Positions 50,043 through 60,441 are shown, numbered from the stretch's first letter. The stretch: DNA of 64,000 nucleotides from Candidatus Falkowbacteria bacterium RIFOXYC2_FULL_36_12 (GCA_001778235.1 MFGJ01000006.1:7121-71120), one strand, 5' to 3'. Program-made: numbers and translations. The notes: a model not told the origin generated them from the letters alone.

Positions 50043-50330
50043 CTACATTCCTGGAAGACTAAAACCACCTTGTTGCATTTTCATCGCCATGATTCTTTGG
50101 ATTTTTTTTATGGCGTCGTTAATTGCTTCTTTAAGCGCGCCCTCGAGTTTTTCTTTGTCTGCAAGCATTTCTGGTTCAATTATTACAGATTGGACTTCTT
50201 GATTGCCGTTCATAATTACTTTGACTTTGCCCCAAGCTCCGGAGCCTTCAGCTGTTTCAGTTGAAAGTTGTGATTGAAGTTGTTTGGCTTGATCGCGGAG
50301 TTCTTTGAAGTTTTTAAGTTTGTTGAACAT
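50043..50330 (-). CDS. ybaB: YbaB/EbfC nucleoid-associated protein
   Basis: 95 aa with an N-terminal coiled coil and the GSGAWGKVKVIMNGNQEV region. Confidence 0.85.
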   Translation of the reverse strand: MFNKLKNFKELRDQAKQLQSQLSTETAEGSGAWGKVKVIMNGNQEVQSVIIEPEMLADKEKLEGALKEAINDAIKKIQRIMAMKMQQGGFSLPGM

Positions 50331-50378
50331 AAGATAAGATTAGAGATTAAATTTGATAGATTAGAGATTTTTAATTGT

Positions 50379-51761
50379 TTACATTCCTGGTGGTAGGTTT
50401 CGGTGTTGTTCAATTGTTTTAAATGATGCTTGAGACCCTTCGAAGAAGAATTTAATTGTTCCTGTTGGGCCGTTTCTGTGTTTAGCAATGTGAACTTCGG
50501 CTGAACTTTTTTCTTCTGGGGTAAGCTCTTCAATGTTGTAATTGCGATCAGCTGCTTTACGATAAATAAACATAACTATGTCAGCGTCTTGTTCAATAGA
50601 ACCTGATTCACGCAAGTGAGAAAGTTTTGGAATAGCTGGTTTATTCATTTCCACAGCACGGGAAAGCTGTGATAAGGCGAGAATTGGAATATCAAGTTCA
50701 CGGGCTATTTGTTTCAGACCACGAGAAATTTCAGAGACTGCTTGTAAACGGTTTTCAGCACCTGGTCGGCCTTCCATCAGTTGCATATAGTCGACAACAA
50801 TTAAACCAAGACCTTTTTCCATTTTTAATCTTCTAGATTTAGTCCTGACATCAATAATGTTTAGTCCAGCTGAATCATCAATATAGATGGGTGCTTCAGA
50901 TAAAACCCCCATGGCATGTCCAAGTCTCTGGAAGTCATCATCACCTTCGCCTGAAGATAATTTTCCGGTTCTGATTTTCCATAGATCAATGCCTGATTGG
51001 GCGCAAAGCATACGATCGACCAGCTGTTCTTTGCTCATTTCCAAACTAAAATAGCCGACAGATATTTTTGACTCAACAGCAACTTTTCTGGCAATGTCTA
51101 ATGCTAATGAAGTTTTCCCAACTGAAGGACGAGCTGCCAAGATAACTAAATCTGATTTTTGCAAACCAGCGAGATGATTATCAAGGTCACGAAAACCAGT
51201 TGGTACGCCTCGAAGTTCGCCAGCGTTTTTGTGTAGATCATCAATACGGTCAAAAGCATCGGTTAAAACAGAGGAAATAGGAACAAAAGATTTTTTTTGA
51301 TTTTTTTGTGAGACTGTAAAAAGTTCTTGTTCAGCAGAATCAATGATTGCATCAACATCTTCATCTTCTTGATAACCAAGGTTGGTAATTTTATTAGCAG
51401 CCATGAGCAGGCGTCTAAGTGTGGCTTTTTTTACAACAATTTTGGCGTAGTTGACAATGTTTGATGAGGTAGCAATCGAGTTGGTTAAATTGACCAGATA
51501 ACTTCGACCACCTACTTGTTCAAGCAATTTTTTTTCATCTAATAGATTTGTCAGTGTCAGTAAATCAATTGGATCATGACGGCTGTATAGTTCCATCATG
51601 TTTTCATAAATCTGTTCGTGGGCTTTTTTGTAAAAATCAGGAGCATTGATAATGTCAGCGATTTTATAAAAAGATTCATTGTCAATCAAAATAGAGCCAA
51701 GCAGTGATTGTTCTGCTTCAAGGTTTTGTGGTGGGATTTTACCTAAATTTTCACTGCTCAT
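50379..51761 (-). CDS. dnaB: replicative DNA helicase
   Basis: Walker A GKTSLALD, Walker B IVVDYMQLM and a DnaB N-terminal domain. There is no intein. Confidence 0.9.
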   Translation of the reverse strand: MSSENLGKIPPQNLEAEQSLLGSILIDNESFYKIADIINAPDFYKKAHEQIYENMMELYSRHDPIDLLTLTNLLDEKKLLEQVGGRSYLVNLTNSIATSSNIVNYAKIVVKKATLRRLLMAANKITNLGYQEDEDVDAIIDSAEQELFTVSQKNQKKSFVPISSVLTDAFDRIDDLHKNAGELRGVPTGFRDLDNHLAGLQKSDLVILAARPSVGKTSLALDIARKVAVESKISVGYFSLEMSKEQLVDRMLCAQSGIDLWKIRTGKLSSGEGDDDFQRLGHAMGVLSEAPIYIDDSAGLNIIDVRTKSRRLKMEKGLGLIVVDYMQLMEGRPGAENRLQAVSEISRGLKQIARELDIPILALSQLSRAVEMNKPAIPKLSHLRESGSIEQDADIVMFIYRKAADRNYNIEELTPEEKSSAEVHIAKHRNGPTGTIKFFFEGSQASFKTIEQHRNLPPGM

Positions 51762-51888
51762 AGTATGTTGTTAGTACCCTTATTTTATCTTAATTCTAGG
51801 CTATAAACAAGTTGATAATATGTTGATAATTATAGTGTTTTTAATTCGGTTAATATGCCTAAATTTAGCTAAATTTATTGGTTGCCTG

Positions 51889-51917
51889 TTGACAAAGTTA
51901 AAAATCTGTGATATAAT
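51889..51917 (+). promoter_or_regulatory. consensus sigma70 promoter with an extended -10
   Basis: TTGACA, 17 bp, TGaTATAAT. Confidence 0.7.
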
Positions 51918-51923
51918 GATTAG

Positions 51924-52548
51924 TCGTGAAGATGGAAGTATCCGTGGTCGGAGCTTTCCATCAGATCGGTTGCAGTACATCTTTCCTGGATGCTGAGGCA
52001 TTCTTGACGGCGCCCAAGGAGCTTTCCTCGTGCGACTTGTACTGACCCCGTTGACCCGCTTTCGACACCAAGCGGTGAGGGGCCTTTGAAATCAGGGTGT
52101 CAGGTCTGCGAAGCTCGCGGGGACCTTAAATACCGCAGAGTTAGATTGCCACGGCAATCGAATTGCTACTAGCTCATGGACTGCCAAGAGGCGGATATGA
52201 ATCTCCTGACGCGGTAGTTAGCTCTCAGAACAAAACCTCGACACCGGTCGATCAAGTAAGAAAAACAGCGATGTACGATGATCGAGGTTGAGCTGGGAGG
52301 GTAAACTGGGCGTAGACAACAAGACGCAGTTGGCGTATGAGTCGAAGCGCCCAAAGCGCGTAAACCAGAGTTGATCTGTGTGGCTCGCAGTAGCCCACGG
52401 ACGACTCATAATGTCATGGGAAAGGAAGAAGCCATGACAAAGGCAAGGCCACCGCCGTTGTAAAATTCTCTGCGGAGATTCAACGACGACGACAGCGCCG
52501 AACCCCCGGAATCGCCATGCGATCGGGGGTTGTGTTTTTTTAAATTTA
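51924..52548 (+). ncRNA. unclassified GC-rich structured RNA of about 620 nt (candidate large ncRNA)
   Basis: A consensus promoter lies upstream. The transcript ends in an 11-bp GC stem (CCCCCG...CGGGGG) followed by TTGTGTTTTTTT. The GC content is much higher than in flanking DNA. No plus-strand ORF longer than about 20 codons is present. Confidence 0.55.
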
Positions 52549-52610
52549 ATTTTTAATTTGAACAAAACTGCCGACCAGGAGCTTGGCTCCTGGTCGGCAG
52601 TAATAAACAG

Positions 52611-53477
52611 TTACTTTTTTGTTTGAGTTTGTTTATTGAAAAGTTGTAGTGTATTTTTTAGTAAATAAGCAATGGTCATGGGACCGACTCCACCTGGAAC
52701 GGGTGTGATGAATGAAGCCTTTAGAATAACATTGTTTGCATCAACATCACCGACTGTTTCACCTGAAATTTCATTTATCCCAATATCAATTACTATTGCA
52801 TTATCTTTTATAAATTTATTATTGACGAATTTTGGTTTGCCAATGGCAACAATCAGAATATCAGCTTCATGACATTTTTCTTGTGCCTGATGATCATTGA
52901 GTGAAGTAAAAATTATTTTATTGTTTTTTTCATATAAAAATTTAAATGGTTCTGCAAAAATTTCATGATTGGCAAAAATTGTGATAATTTTGTTGTTTAA
53001 TTCAGTTTTTGTTTCTTGAATCAGACGGTCAACTCCGAGTACAAGCGGTGAAAGAATTGTTGGTTTACCTAACTTGATTTTTTCTATATTTTTTGGATGA
53101 AAACCATCGACATCTTTATTCTGGTCAATTGATAATATTATTTTATTAGCATCAAATTTTTCAGGTAATGGTAATTGAACTAAGATGGCGTTGGTTTCCT
53201 CGTCAGCATTTAGGAATTTTATAACTTCAATTATTTCTTTTTCTGATGAAGATTCGTCAAATTTATATAAATGAAAATTGATGTTGGCATTGAGACAAGC
53301 TCTTTGTTTCAAAGAAACATATAGTTCAGAGGCTGGATCATTGCCAACAAGAATAACAGCTAAACCAGGTTCAATTTTATTTGAATTTATTGTTTTGTAT
53401 GTCTCTAAATTGATTTGTTCTGCCAGATATTTGCCATCAATTATTTGACATTTAAGTTTTGGACCTGTGATTTTCAT
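52611..53477 (-). CDS. folD: bifunctional methylene-THF dehydrogenase/cyclohydrolase
   Basis: LAVILVGNDPAS...YV..K motif and GxGxxVG in the NAD(P)-binding half. Confidence 0.9.
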   Translation of the reverse strand: MKITGPKLKCQIIDGKYLAEQINLETYKTINSNKIEPGLAVILVGNDPASELYVSLKQRACLNANINFHLYKFDESSSEKEIIEVIKFLNADEETNAILVQLPLPEKFDANKIILSIDQNKDVDGFHPKNIEKIKLGKPTILSPLVLGVDRLIQETKTELNNKIITIFANHEIFAEPFKFLYEKNNKIIFTSLNDHQAQEKCHEADILIVAIGKPKFVNNKFIKDNAIVIDIGINEISGETVGDVDANNVILKASFITPVPGGVGPMTIAYLLKNTLQLFNKQTQTKK

Positions 53478-53486
53478 GGTGTTTTA

Positions 53487-54716
53487 TTATTCTTGTTTTA
53501 AACTAGGATATAATGGGAATTTGGCAGTAAGCTTATGAACTTTTGCTCGGATTTCAGCTAGCTTGTCATTGTTTTCATGATTTGTCAAGGCTTCATCAAT
53601 TAGATCCACAATATATTCCATTTCCGGTTGTTTCATCCCTCTTGTAGTCAAAGCTGGGGTTCCAAGTCTGATCCCTGAAGGGTCCATTGGGCCTCTTGGG
53701 TCGTCTGGGATGGCGTTTTTGTTGATGGTTATTCCTGCTAAATCAAGAGCGCTTTGTGCTTGTTTGCCGGTTATATTTTTATTGGTTAGGTCAATTAGAA
53801 GTAGGTGATTGTCTGTGGTGCCAAAACAGATAGAATAATTTTTTTCCTTAAATTTTTTTTCAAGAGCTTTTGCGTTTAATAAAATTTGTTTACAATAATC
53901 TTGAAATTCAGGCTGAAGTGCTTCAGCAAAAGCTATGGCTTTGGCCGCAATATTATTTTCATGAGGGCCCCCTTGGAGTCCTGGAAAAACTGCTTTATCA
54001 ATTTTTTTAGCTAAAGCTTGTTTGCACATGATCATGGCACCACGCGGTCCACGAAGAGTTTTGTGTGTAGTGGTGGTGACAACATCAAAAATTGGGACTG
54101 GATTTTCCAATTGTTTGCCGGCAATAAGCCCGGCAATATGAGCAATATCTGCCATGGTGTAGGCACCGACTTCATCAGCTATTGCTTTGAATTTTTTATA
54201 ATCAAGATGACGAGAGTAAGCAGAAAATCCGGCTAGAATTAATTTTGGTTTATGTTCGATTGCCATTTGTCTAAGATTGTCAAAATCAATATCACCTTCT
54301 GCATTGGTTTTGTAACGAATAAAATTAAAAATCTTGGACATGTGAGTTACCGGATGGCCGTGAGTCAAGTGTCCGCCATGGCCTAGGTCCATGCCGAGAA
54401 TTGTATCGCCAGGTTCGAGCAAAGCAAAATAAACTGCAATATTGGCTGGTGCACCTGAAAGTGGTTGAACATTTACATGTTCGGCGTCAAACAATTGTTT
54501 AGCGCGATCAATGGCCAGTTGTTCAACTTGGTCAATAATTTCATTGCCACCATAATATCTGGCGCCGGGATAACCCTCTGAATATTTGTTGGTCAAAACA
54601 CTACCTAGCGCTTTCAGAACATCGAGAGAAACAAAGTTCTCTGATGGGATCATTTCTAGGTCATTTTCCTGTCGTTCAAGTTCTTTTTTGATAAGTTGTT
54701 GTATTTGTGTGTCCAT
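53487..54716 (-). CDS. glyA: serine hydroxymethyltransferase
   Basis: PLP-lysine region TTTTHKTLRGPRGAMI. Confidence 0.9.
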   Translation of the reverse strand: MDTQIQQLIKKELERQENDLEMIPSENFVSLDVLKALGSVLTNKYSEGYPGARYYGGNEIIDQVEQLAIDRAKQLFDAEHVNVQPLSGAPANIAVYFALLEPGDTILGMDLGHGGHLTHGHPVTHMSKIFNFIRYKTNAEGDIDFDNLRQMAIEHKPKLILAGFSAYSRHLDYKKFKAIADEVGAYTMADIAHIAGLIAGKQLENPVPIFDVVTTTTHKTLRGPRGAMIMCKQALAKKIDKAVFPGLQGGPHENNIAAKAIAFAEALQPEFQDYCKQILLNAKALEKKFKEKNYSICFGTTDNHLLLIDLTNKNITGKQAQSALDLAGITINKNAIPDDPRGPMDPSGIRLGTPALTTRGMKQPEMEYIVDLIDEALTNHENNDKLAEIRAKVHKLTAKFPLYPSLKQE

Positions 54717-54939
54717 AATTTTCAGGTTATTTTTCTTAATTTTGGCTATAAATTTAATTATATCAGATTGCAGGAACTTGACAAGTTTGATTTTTTACTG
54801 TTAAATAAGGTATTAACTTGTTCATTATATTCTATATTCTGAATTTAATATTAGTGATAATAGAAATTTTTTATAATATTATTTTATTATTACTTGCGCC
54901 CAGAGCGAAAACCCATGGAAAAAGGGAGGAATTGTAGCC

Positions 54940-56025
54940 ATGGTAGACAAGAAGTCTAAGAATGTGACCCAGCCTTTTGATGTGGCAGTACAAGTCTTGA
55001 GACAGCTTTATGATGCTCATACAGCCAGAATTAATGAATTGATCCACGAACAAAAATATTTGGCTGATAAAACAAGTCGTGATTGGGGTGCAGAAATCAG
55101 GAATGAATTGATGAGGTTTAATTCGTTGGTTGAGAATTTTACTACACTTGATGATATCGGTGCATCATTAATGAGAGATAGTGTGAAATCTTTGGGAGCT
55201 TTGGTTGAAGATGCCTTGAACTATCGTGAGATGCTTTGTAAGGTGGATCGTCAGTTGACTGCAGAAAGTGTCAATCAGGAAGCTTGTGGTCGTGTTTGGG
55301 ATGAATTGGTAAGGAGAGGTGCAATTGTTGAAACTAAGAAGATTGAAGAAAAAAAGATTGATGACGACAAAAAGGATGAAAATGATCCGGCTTTGGTTAG
55401 TTTTGCAATGGGTCCATGGTCATTTGGTGATGCAATTGTTTGTGCTTTGATTGGGCGAGAGAAAGTGTCTTTTGGAGAACTGTATTCTCAACTGTTTGCA
55501 TGGAAAGTTATTTCTAAATCAGAGGTTGAGAGCTATGAATTCATTGCTGAAGCAATTCTTCATAATTCCAAGTATATCAATGTGTGGAATGAGCCGGTTG
55601 GAGTAGAGGATGTTCGGAAGCGTTTTTGTGCTTTGACTGAAAATGGGAAAATGCATTTTGCGCAGAAATTGCACATGGAGTTGTTTGTTGAGCTCACAGG
55701 GATGAAGTCATTGAAGTTTATTCCATTGGTGGCGCAGAAGCTTGCTTCAAGATCGGATTTTTTGGTTGCCTTTGCAATTGATCTTCACCTGGAAAAGGGA
55801 TTTACACGCGATCAGCTACATGAGGCAATGAAAAAATATGGTCTGGATTTGCCGAAAAAAGAATATGTTGTCAGTCCGATTAACCAGGACCGGCAGTTGG
55901 CAAATACGAGATTTACACATGTTGGTGATAGTACTCTCAAATCACAGAATGCAAAATTTGTTGTGTCAGAATATGGTTTGACGAAATATCAAGAAATTTT
56001 GGATCAACATTTTGCTGTAAAGTAA
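54940..56025 (+). CDS. hypothetical protein
   Basis: 361 aa with RBS AAGGGAGGA. Confidence 0.5.
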   Translation: MVDKKSKNVTQPFDVAVQVLRQLYDAHTARINELIHEQKYLADKTSRDWGAEIRNELMRFNSLVENFTTLDDIGASLMRDSVKSLGALVEDALNYREMLCKVDRQLTAESVNQEACGRVWDELVRRGAIVETKKIEEKKIDDDKKDENDPALVSFAMGPWSFGDAIVCALIGREKVSFGELYSQLFAWKVISKSEVESYEFIAEAILHNSKYINVWNEPVGVEDVRKRFCALTENGKMHFAQKLHMELFVELTGMKSLKFIPLVAQKLASRSDFLVAFAIDLHLEKGFTRDQLHEAMKKYGLDLPKKEYVVSPINQDRQLANTRFTHVGDSTLKSQNAKFVVSEYGLTKYQEILDQHFAVK

Positions 56026-56044
56026 CTTTAGATACAAAAAATCA

Positions 56045-56072
56045 AAACCGCAGATAAATCTACGGTTTTTTA
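56045..56072. terminator. bidirectional intrinsic terminator
   Basis: AAAACCGCAG-ataaat-CTACGGTTTTTT lies between convergent genes. Confidence 0.5.
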
Positions 56073-56082
56073 TGTGGGAAAA

Positions 56083-57990
56083 TTATTTTGTTGTTAGAGA
56101 AATTATATTGCTATAAGTACCACAAGCCTCACCTACGGCTTGGCAAACACGAAAAAAATAGGTGGTTGCAGGCTTGAGATTGGCCCAACGATAATTTTTG
56201 TTTGAAGTTTTGACAGTATCGCTATTTTCCAGTGTTGGTTCAGTAGAAAAAGAAACCATGATGAAAAATTCACTATTAGTGGGGTTGGCGGTTGTCAAAG
56301 ATAGGTTTACAGCTGATTGTTCTGATTCTCCTGATAAAGTTATTGCTCCTGGGTTTGAGTTGGTTGGAGGAGTTTCAGTATTGGTATTTTCCGCTGGATC
56401 AGTTTTAATGGTTAGGATATTGCTATAAGTTTGACAGTCATTGTCTTTGAATAAACAAACTCTGATTTTATATTCTGTGTCATTGGTTAAATCAGTTAAA
56501 GTGTCGGTAAAAATTAATTTATTGACTACATGATAATTTGAAGTCGGCCAGCTCGGAGTTGTTTCATTACTGAAAAGAATGTGGAAATTATCAAATTGGT
56601 TGTCTGTTAGATTTTCTCCAGACCAAGTTAATGATATTGAATTTGAAGTCTTGGTGCCGGTTAAGGATAGAGAAGCTGAAACGCCTCCAATTTTTTCGGA
56701 AATAGTATTGCTCCAACTAATACATTTATCATCGGCAAAAGCACAAACGCGAAAATAATATGTTCCGTCCGCTAGGTTTTCCCAAATATCAGAAGTGTTT
56801 TCTGTGAAATGATATGGCTCTGTTCCACTGGAAATATTGTTTGTTGTAGCCTGAAAAACTCGATATCCAGTTGGAGTCGTTTCAGAATTTATTTTCCAAG
56901 ACAAGGAAAGATTTTTGTTTTGTAGGGTAGAAGTTAAGGTGATATTTTCTTCTGCATCTGTTTTGGTGATATAGAGAATTTTCTTTTCAATTTTTTTATC
57001 TTTTTTGACTACAATGTTGATGATGTTTTCGCCAGCTTGAAGTGCAACCTCGGTTTCAAAGTTTCCGTTATTATTTTTTACATCTTTGCCATCAATGAAT
57101 ATTTCTGCTTCAGTATCTGTTGAGCCTTTGATGGTGATTTTATCTTCATTGGTTTTTAATTCTGTTTGTGTTGGTTCTGATAAAGTCAGTACAATATTTT
57201 TTTCAAAAATTCCAAGGTAAACACCAAGCTGGCTGTCTTGTTCTTTATTCCAAACTAACCAATCATTATTAATGATATCTGCGAGCTCTTTTTCTTCGGA
57301 TTCAATCATTTTGTCAGGCTCAAGTGTCGGATTTATTTTGGCATAATATCCTTCATCAATTGTTCTCATTGAAAGAATATTGTCAAGATCAGTGTTTTCA
57401 TAAACTTTTACTTTGACCCGGCTGGCTATTACTTGTAATTCAGAATTTTGTTCACTGACAATGAGATCAAACCCAGTACCAAGGGCGGTTGATTCGGTTA
57501 GGTTATGTCTAACATTATAAATTGAAGGGCTTTGTTCATTGACACGATGATAGACTTCACCTTTTTCTTGGATTAATACAATATTGGCAAAATTAAATTG
57601 TTCCAGGGTTATTTGGGAATTTGAGTTCATGCGAAATATACTACCATCTGGTAATTTTATAATTGCTCGGCCAGAGTCAGAAGTCAGGATCGTGCTTCCT
57701 TCGGCTAAAATGTCATCTTGATTTAAATTTGTCCATTGATTTTCTTCTTGTTGGTAAATTTGGACTATTCCTTTTATTCCAATAATTTGAGCTTCAGACA
57801 ACTTTTCACTTGAGTTTGTATCGACTAGAGAGATTTGTTCGGAACTTTTTGGGCTATTAAGATTGAAAATTATAATTAAAAATAAAATAATTAAAATAAT
57901 AAAAAAAATAAAAAATTTTTTACTTAAAAATTTTGGTTTAGCCCAAATTTTCTTTGGTTTTTTGGGCGTAAATGAAGAATAGATTTTCAT
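56083..57990 (-). CDS. membrane-anchored FecR-domain protein with fibronectin-III-like repeats
   Basis: N-terminal TM anchor, a FecR-like region (EGSTILTSDSGRAIIKLPDGSIFRMNSNSQITL), then 3-4 Fn3-like repeats (YYFRVCA...). Confidence 0.5.
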   Translation of the reverse strand: MKIYSSFTPKKPKKIWAKPKFLSKKFFIFFIILIILFLIIIFNLNSPKSSEQISLVDTNSSEKLSEAQIIGIKGIVQIYQQEENQWTNLNQDDILAEGSTILTSDSGRAIIKLPDGSIFRMNSNSQITLEQFNFANIVLIQEKGEVYHRVNEQSPSIYNVRHNLTESTALGTGFDLIVSEQNSELQVIASRVKVKVYENTDLDNILSMRTIDEGYYAKINPTLEPDKMIESEEKELADIINNDWLVWNKEQDSQLGVYLGIFEKNIVLTLSEPTQTELKTNEDKITIKGSTDTEAEIFIDGKDVKNNNGNFETEVALQAGENIINIVVKKDKKIEKKILYITKTDAEENITLTSTLQNKNLSLSWKINSETTPTGYRVFQATTNNISSGTEPYHFTENTSDIWENLADGTYYFRVCAFADDKCISWSNTISEKIGGVSASLSLTGTKTSNSISLTWSGENLTDNQFDNFHILFSNETTPSWPTSNYHVVNKLIFTDTLTDLTNDTEYKIRVCLFKDNDCQTYSNILTIKTDPAENTNTETPPTNSNPGAITLSGESEQSAVNLSLTTANPTNSEFFIMVSFSTEPTLENSDTVKTSNKNYRWANLKPATTYFFRVCQAVGEACGTYSNIISLTTK

Positions 57991-58033
57991 AACTTAAAGA
58001 TTCAATTGCTATTTTAAATCAGGTACTTCGAAT

Positions 58034-59614
58034 TTATTTCTTTAGGGTTTTTATCATGTAAGTGCCTTTGAGCTTATAATAATTTTTCTTGTAATAGCTT
58101 CTTACTCCAATTCCAGAGATTACTGCTATTTTATCAAAATTATTTTTTTTGGCAATCTTTTCTGCTTCTAAAAGAAGTTTTTTGCCAAAACCCATGTGTT
58201 GTACAGCTTTTTCTTTGCTACCGAGTGAGATAAGTTTTCCATAAGTATGTACTTCTCGAATCAGGGCACAATCCTGTAATTCTGGGATGAAATGTTTAAA
58301 TTTTTGATCTAAACGCAAACGAAGAAACGCGTATAAGATTTTTTTGTTTGGTGAACTATAATGCAAAAAATATTCGGTTCCTTCAGAAGCGGGATATTTT
58401 ACAATAAAGAGCTTGGCTTTGCTAATTCCTGTAATATTCTCACGCGCTTCTCGGCAACGAATACATTGACATTCAACACCTTGTTCATCAAGCTGGGTTT
58501 TCAAGGTTTGGCGCAGGTTTGATACTTTATTTCCGGCGAGGATGCTTTGTTCAGGTATATCTCGAATTAATCGAATAATTCGGACATAATTAGGGATGAT
58601 TTTTTTGATTTTTATTAAAAGAGTTATTAATTGTTTGTTTGAATAAGGTTTGAATTTGCCTTTTTTCCACCAGGTATAAATTTTTGTTCCTGCTGTTACC
58701 ACTGTCGGGTAAATTTTTAGCATGTCTGGTTGAAAATTTTCATCAGAAAAAAGTTTTTCAAACATTTTGAAATCTTTTGTGGGAGTAGAGCCTGGTAAAT
58801 TTGGCATCATGTGATAAGCGACTTTGAATCCTGCTTGTTTCATCAGTTTGGTAGCTTTGACAATTTGTTCGACTGTATCACCCCGTTGATTGAGTTCTAA
58901 TATTTTGTTATCAATAGCCTGAACACCGATTTCGATTTTGGTACAACCAAGTTGGCGAAATCGGATTAATTCTTTTTGATTAATATAATCTGGTCGTGTT
59001 TCTAGAGTCAAACCAATAATTCGGTGTTTAGCTCGTTCATTGGTTTTTTGCGCTTGGGCTAGAGATTGACTGGTTTTCTTGTTGCAGGCGTCAAAACAGC
59101 GTCTGATAAACCATGTTTGGTATTGTTTTGGTAGAAATGAAAAAGTACCTCCCATGATAATTAATTCAATTTTGTCAGTTTGGTGTCCATGTTCTTCCAA
59201 GGCTCGAAGTCGGTATTTTACTTGATCATAGGGATTGAATTTTGTTAGAATGGCGCGCATAACCGCTGGTTCGTTTGAAAGGTAGCTTTTTGGCATGTCT
59301 TTTTCATTTGGGCAAAAAGCGCAGTTTCCTGGACATTTGTAATGCTTGGTTAGGACTGCAACTGGTGCAACTCCAGACAAAGTTCTGATTGCTCGCTTTT
59401 TTAAAAGATGTTCAATTTCTGGTTTGGCCGAGATTTTTTTCTTCTTTAGTAAATGTTTGTAGGTATATAAAAGTTCAGCATTGCTGACAATGCCGACCTT
59501 GTAATTATTAGCCATTCTGTTTTTTACTTTTTTCAATCGGTTTTGGTTGAGGATTTTGGCAGATAACAGAATTTTAATTATTTGTTCATTGATGTTTACC
59601 GTTGTTTTTTGCAT
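58034..59614 (-). CDS. Elp3-like tRNA uridine(34) carboxymethyl-modification enzyme (radical SAM + GNAT)
   Basis: RTLSGVAPVAVLTKHYKCPGNCAFCPN (Cx4Cx2C), IELIIMGGTFSFLP, and the C-terminal GNAT region HMGFGKKLLLEAEKIAK. Confidence 0.8.
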   Translation of the reverse strand: MQKTTVNINEQIIKILLSAKILNQNRLKKVKNRMANNYKVGIVSNAELLYTYKHLLKKKKISAKPEIEHLLKKRAIRTLSGVAPVAVLTKHYKCPGNCAFCPNEKDMPKSYLSNEPAVMRAILTKFNPYDQVKYRLRALEEHGHQTDKIELIIMGGTFSFLPKQYQTWFIRRCFDACNKKTSQSLAQAQKTNERAKHRIIGLTLETRPDYINQKELIRFRQLGCTKIEIGVQAIDNKILELNQRGDTVEQIVKATKLMKQAGFKVAYHMMPNLPGSTPTKDFKMFEKLFSDENFQPDMLKIYPTVVTAGTKIYTWWKKGKFKPYSNKQLITLLIKIKKIIPNYVRIIRLIRDIPEQSILAGNKVSNLRQTLKTQLDEQGVECQCIRCREARENITGISKAKLFIVKYPASEGTEYFLHYSSPNKKILYAFLRLRLDQKFKHFIPELQDCALIREVHTYGKLISLGSKEKAVQHMGFGKKLLLEAEKIAKKNNFDKIAVISGIGVRSYYKKNYYKLKGTYMIKTLKK

Positions 59615-59656
59615 TTTAGAAGGATGTTAGGGATGATATGGTTGTAATTGCTTATC

Positions 59657-60286
59657 TTAATCCGCAATATTGATTTTGGCAAGGTCAGAATTGGAAATTC
59701 CTAAGCCCATACCTCTCATGATTTCAAAGGCATCAGATGGTCGGCCAAGAAAATATCTTTTGCCGTTGCTAGGATAAACATACCAGGCTTCACCATGATT
59801 TTCGACTTGGAGGAGAATTTTGCCTTTTACTAGGTTGATTAAGTCTTGATCCAGTGGAAGAATAGGAAATCGGCCATCGCCGTTTGGGTTGTAGCCATTT
59901 AGTAGTTCTTCTTTGTCAAGAAAATTGTCAGCATCAGAGTCTGGATTGTTTAAGTTGGTTTTAATGGCTGTTTCAAGAAGGTCAACTAAACCGTCTTTGT
60001 CTGTATCTTCCCCTGACTGGGCAAAAAGTCCGATTGGAATTTTATCAAGATGTTCATTGGTAATACCCAGACCAAGTGTTTTCATAAGTCTGAAGGCAGA
60101 ATCTGGTCGGTCAAGGAAAAAACGGGTGTCAGTGCTTGGGTTGATGTACCAAGCCTCGCCATTATCTTCAACTTGCAAGACAATTTTACCTCGAAGTTCG
60201 TCTATAATATTGCCGGCAAAAACAGAATAGGTAGTAACAACGGCAATGGCAAGTATTATAATAAATAAAGCAATTATTTTTTTCAT
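59657..60286 (-). CDS. secreted protein with an internal duplication and an Asp-rich TSP3-like loop
   Basis: Signal peptide. GKI(V/L)LQVE(D/N)(N/H)GEAWY...RP.DAF..M..(L/M)GLGI(T/S)N occurs twice. Confidence 0.5.
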   Translation of the reverse strand: MKKIIALFIIILAIAVVTTYSVFAGNIIDELRGKIVLQVEDNGEAWYINPSTDTRFFLDRPDSAFRLMKTLGLGITNEHLDKIPIGLFAQSGEDTDKDGLVDLLETAIKTNLNNPDSDADNFLDKEELLNGYNPNGDGRFPILPLDQDLINLVKGKILLQVENHGEAWYVYPSNGKRYFLGRPSDAFEIMRGMGLGISNSDLAKINIAD

Positions 60287-60406
60287 AAATTGAAAATGGT
60301 TATTTTTTGTTTTTGGTTCAATTGATTGATATTATGAATAAATTATAGCAGAAAAGCTTAGAATTTTGAAATAAAGCGTAGTTTAAGAACTGAATAATGT
60401 TTTTTT

Positions 60407-60441
60407 CGCCCGAACCGACAGCCGGGCTGTCGGTTCGGGCG
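60407..60441. repeat. GC-rich perfect palindrome, copy 1
   Basis: CGCCCGAACCGACAGC-CGG-GCTGTCGGTTCGGGCG followed by GAAAGAGAAGTCGGGCGAAAGAG. Confidence 0.8.

Noticed and set aside
51924-52548. Assignment of the ncRNA as RNase P RNA, tmRNA or SRP RNA.
   Set aside because: The hallmark motifs could not be found by eye: P4 strands, a tag-peptide ORF ending ALAA-stop with a tRNA-like CCA end, or the SRP GGAAGCAGCC loop context. It is therefore left unclassified rather than named.
52169-52565. Minus-strand ORFs of 61 and 115 aa.
   Set aside because: They lie antisense inside the GC-rich candidate ncRNA, have no RBS and would oppose the strong plus-strand promoter and terminator.
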